This document shows positions 60,601-64,000 of a DNA stretch of 64,000 nucleotides, piece after piece. Positions within the stretch are counted from its first letter, which is position 1. Each line of letters opens with the position of its first letter. The notes under the pieces were generated by a model. It made no database searches. It saw nothing but the letters and a program-made list of their open reading frames with translations, and had not been told where the DNA came from. The stretch lies in the NCBI GenBank assembly GCA_023920165.1, contig CP089278.1, positions 2,852,001 through 2,916,000 of the forward strand, written 5' to 3'. The position numbers were made by a program, and so were the translations under genes. This DNA is from Curvularia clavata. Taxonomy: Eukaryota.

Positions 60601-61690
60601 CTTTTTTTAGTTACCCCAGATGATAGGTCCACACGTTACGTTCCTGAAAAAGAAAGGGTTTGATAGTCCCCGTGGTCCGTAGGGTGACTTGTCGTGTGAG
60701 TGCTAGCACAGGCTAATTTCTAGTCCACACCAAGACATTGTGGGTGGAGCCACCTCGACTTGGCATCATACCGGGGTGCAGTAGTCTGGGCGTTGTCCTC
60801 CTATAGTGGCTCTACTTATTAACGACCTAGTGTCAACGGTGCCTCGGAACCTTCCCAAAGGAGGCGCGCATCCGGACAACAGTGGGATACTGACACACTT
60901 CTTCAAACACGTCATAAACGCCCCGTAGACAATTTCCGATGGGTTGTGAGATTCATCGCCTTATTTGCATGGTTTGGGCATATCCTTTTCTCCGTTGCAT
61001 TTCGTGATTCGTTCCAGAAGGTTATCTCCGTAGGATCACCCACATGGAGACCCACTTTTCTGCACTCCACGCCTCAATCCCGGGCCAAGACATCCACCAC
61101 GCTTGGCAGTGGTAGTGGAATCGGTAAAGTACCGGCTGCTATATAACTTGGCATTATGTCTTCAACCGGTGGTAAACTGAAAAATTGCCGATGTGTCCCG
61201 CCGTGAGCGCTGTGGATTTGGTGATGTGCGTTGCTAAGTCCATCGCGTATGCAAGTCTAGCCCAAATCATGTGTCTACTAGGCTACGATAGTACCTGAAG
61301 AGTGTGGGGTAGGGGTGAGCATGTGTTCTTGTGGCTTATTTTGATATTAAATTCCTCGAAACCAGGTTCAAACAGCGCGTTAAAACCGGGTACAGCAGTA
61401 CTTTTTTAATTATGTCTTGCAGATTCGTGCAAGGGCTACGGATCTTTGTGATCGCTCTATGCTGGTGGTGGCTACCGAAATTGGATGGCAATCGGTGCAT
61501 GTACCTTTTGCGTCTTGACTCGGTCATTGTAGCCGCTGTTCGGGCGCGAGCTTCTTGAAGTGAGAAGCTCTAACCCATCACCAGTATACACCAGCACGAT
61601 AGAGGCAAGGCTCAAGACCAGATCTCATGACCCTCAGTATGGGTTCTTCCCGCGATTCAGGCTTAGCTACCACTCGGCGTAGAGATATAA

Positions 61691-62561
<871 letters not shown>

Positions 62562-63182
62562 AGAAACTCTCGACCGTAACAACACAAAGGCTGCCAAATA
62601 TGAGCCTGCAACTTTTCCAGAGATTACGCGGCCAATTATGATTTTGGAGAAGTCAGGAATGACTAGACTAGATTAGACAAGGAGAGTGTGATGGATAGTT
62701 GTTGGCAAATATATCAGAGCGAGGACAGTATCTTATCGTATCTCTAAAGATATGTCAATCGAATCGCTATGAAAAATCATTACCTACAGCCTGCGTATCG
62801 TGATCATCTTATCCTTCCAAAACGGGTAATGTGCCATGTCCTAGCAACTAGGTTTAGCTTCGCGGCATCTATTTAGCCTGATAGAACCTTGAGCATGCCA
62901 AGATTCTTCAACTTCTTGTTTCAAAAGCTGCCAAGATCGGACCAGAGGAGTTCTATGGACAGGCTGCATAGGTAATCGAGCATCGTGGGCGCGGAGCAGG
63001 ACTCTAATCAAAAGCTAATAGACAAAATGACATCGCAGCACTCGTTCGTGATAAAGACGTTAGCATATTGATCTCACTCAGGTATCGAGCTTCTGTTCGG
63101 CTATCTATATGAACGCATAATGACTGAGCGGCAATTTCCCCGATCGCCTACTTGGAAGCTTCCGTCCCATAGCGTGGTAACT

Positions 63183-64000
63183 CTACATTTTATTGAACAC
63201 GTTTGTCCCAGTGATGTATTGCTCCGTGTCTTCCCTCATCCTGCTTTCAGTCTCCATGTCGTAGCTATCCTCAGTAACGATAAGTTCATCTGTCAACCCT
63301 TCAAGCAGAACGCTGTTATGTGCCTCGGCTTCGGCCATGAGATCGAAACTCTCTCCAGACTCACTTCCAGCCTTCTCGAAAACATCAAGACCACCGTCGA
63401 ACCATCGTGCTTGTTCACCGATCCAGTCAACACCACCAGTACGGCGATTGCGGCGGATAACCTCCTTCTCTTCAAGAGGGAGCAAAGGAAGTTCAACCTT
63501 GGGTGGCAGAATCGTGCGGCGATGCCAGGCGCCGAGGAACATGCCTTCAGGATCGACCTCGTTGCGGACGCGGTTGTACTCATCAAGGTCGCTACCGTAC
63601 ACTGACGAGAGATAGGCGTTGTCGACAGACTGGAAGTTCTTCGCCCAATGAGGCCTGCCATTGTACTCCTTCATCAAATATTCAAAGGCTTCATAGTAGC
63701 GTTCTCGGCAAGGGGGATCTTGGCCATAGGGGCGATAAAGCGTGGCGTTAAGATACAAGGCGGGTGTGTTTGGATAAGATGTATCAAGGAACGGACGGGG
63801 CTCTCGGTTGACGGTGTTGGCGATGCGGACCTCGATAGGTGAATGAACATACAGACCTTTGGTACTAAACGGGAGGCCAGAAGAATTTTCGTCCCCATGG
63901 AGCCAGTTTGTGAGGCGAGTCAGAGCTTCGGGTCCTTTGTCGAGGGGAATGCTCCATTCGTTGACAAACTGAGAGTAGAGGCAGTTCATAAGGAGTTCAG
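63183..64000 (-). CDS. ALO1: D-arabinono-1,4-lactone oxidase (3' part; 5' end beyond the window)
   Basis: ALO C-terminal domain motifs QFVNEWSIP, HSPIEVR, LYLNATLYRPY, GRPHWAK and VDPEGMF. Confidence 0.9.
   Translation of the reverse strand, partial: ELLMNCLYSQFVNEWSIPLDKGPEALTRLTNWLHGDENSSGLPFSTKGLYVHSPIEVRIANTVNREPRPFLDTSYPNTPALYLNATLYRPYGQDPPCRERYYEAFEYLMKEYNGRPHWAKNFQSVDNAYLSSVYGSDLDEYNRVRNEVDPEGMFLGAWHRRTILPPKVELPLLPLEEKEVIRRNRRTGGVDWIGEQARWFDGGLDVFEKAGSESGESFDLMAEAEAHNSVLLEGLTDELIVTEDSYDMETESRMREDTEQYITGTNVFNKM

Overview
Gene-dense, intron-containing DNA from a filamentous ascomycete. It is most likely Pleosporales/Pleosporaceae, because the GH11 xylanase closely resembles my recollection of Cochliobolus XYL2. 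I can support about 26 protein-coding genes, most rebuilt by hand across GT-AG introns with CTRAY branch points. They include an HSPA12-like Hsp70, two MFS transporters, a MIF/tautomerase-domain protein, CENP-X/MHF2, a GPI-anchored cupredoxin, a Ubc4-like protein lacking the catalytic Cys, a BTB/POZ protein, a GST, complex I NDUFB4, a spherulin/germin cupin, an OGFr-domain protein, a GH13_5 alpha-amylase, RPS5, a DDRGK-like protein, a carotenoid oxygenase, a RING protein, an isochorismatase, a GH11 xylanase and the 3' part of ALO1. A block of stop-riddled, RIP-like decayed reading frames lies at about 21.3-25.2 kb. I found no intact transposon, tRNA, rRNA, CRISPR array or secondary-metabolite cluster. 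The most interesting oddities are the pseudo-E2, a long hairpin intron plus a GC-AG intron in RPS5, a probable UUG start in a perfect Kozak context, a TAG/GAG tandem acceptor that decides whether the BTB protein is full length, a DDRGK1-like protein in a lineage thought to lack UFM1, and a long frame whose few stops read plausibly as Trp. All calls come from reading the sequence; no searches were run.
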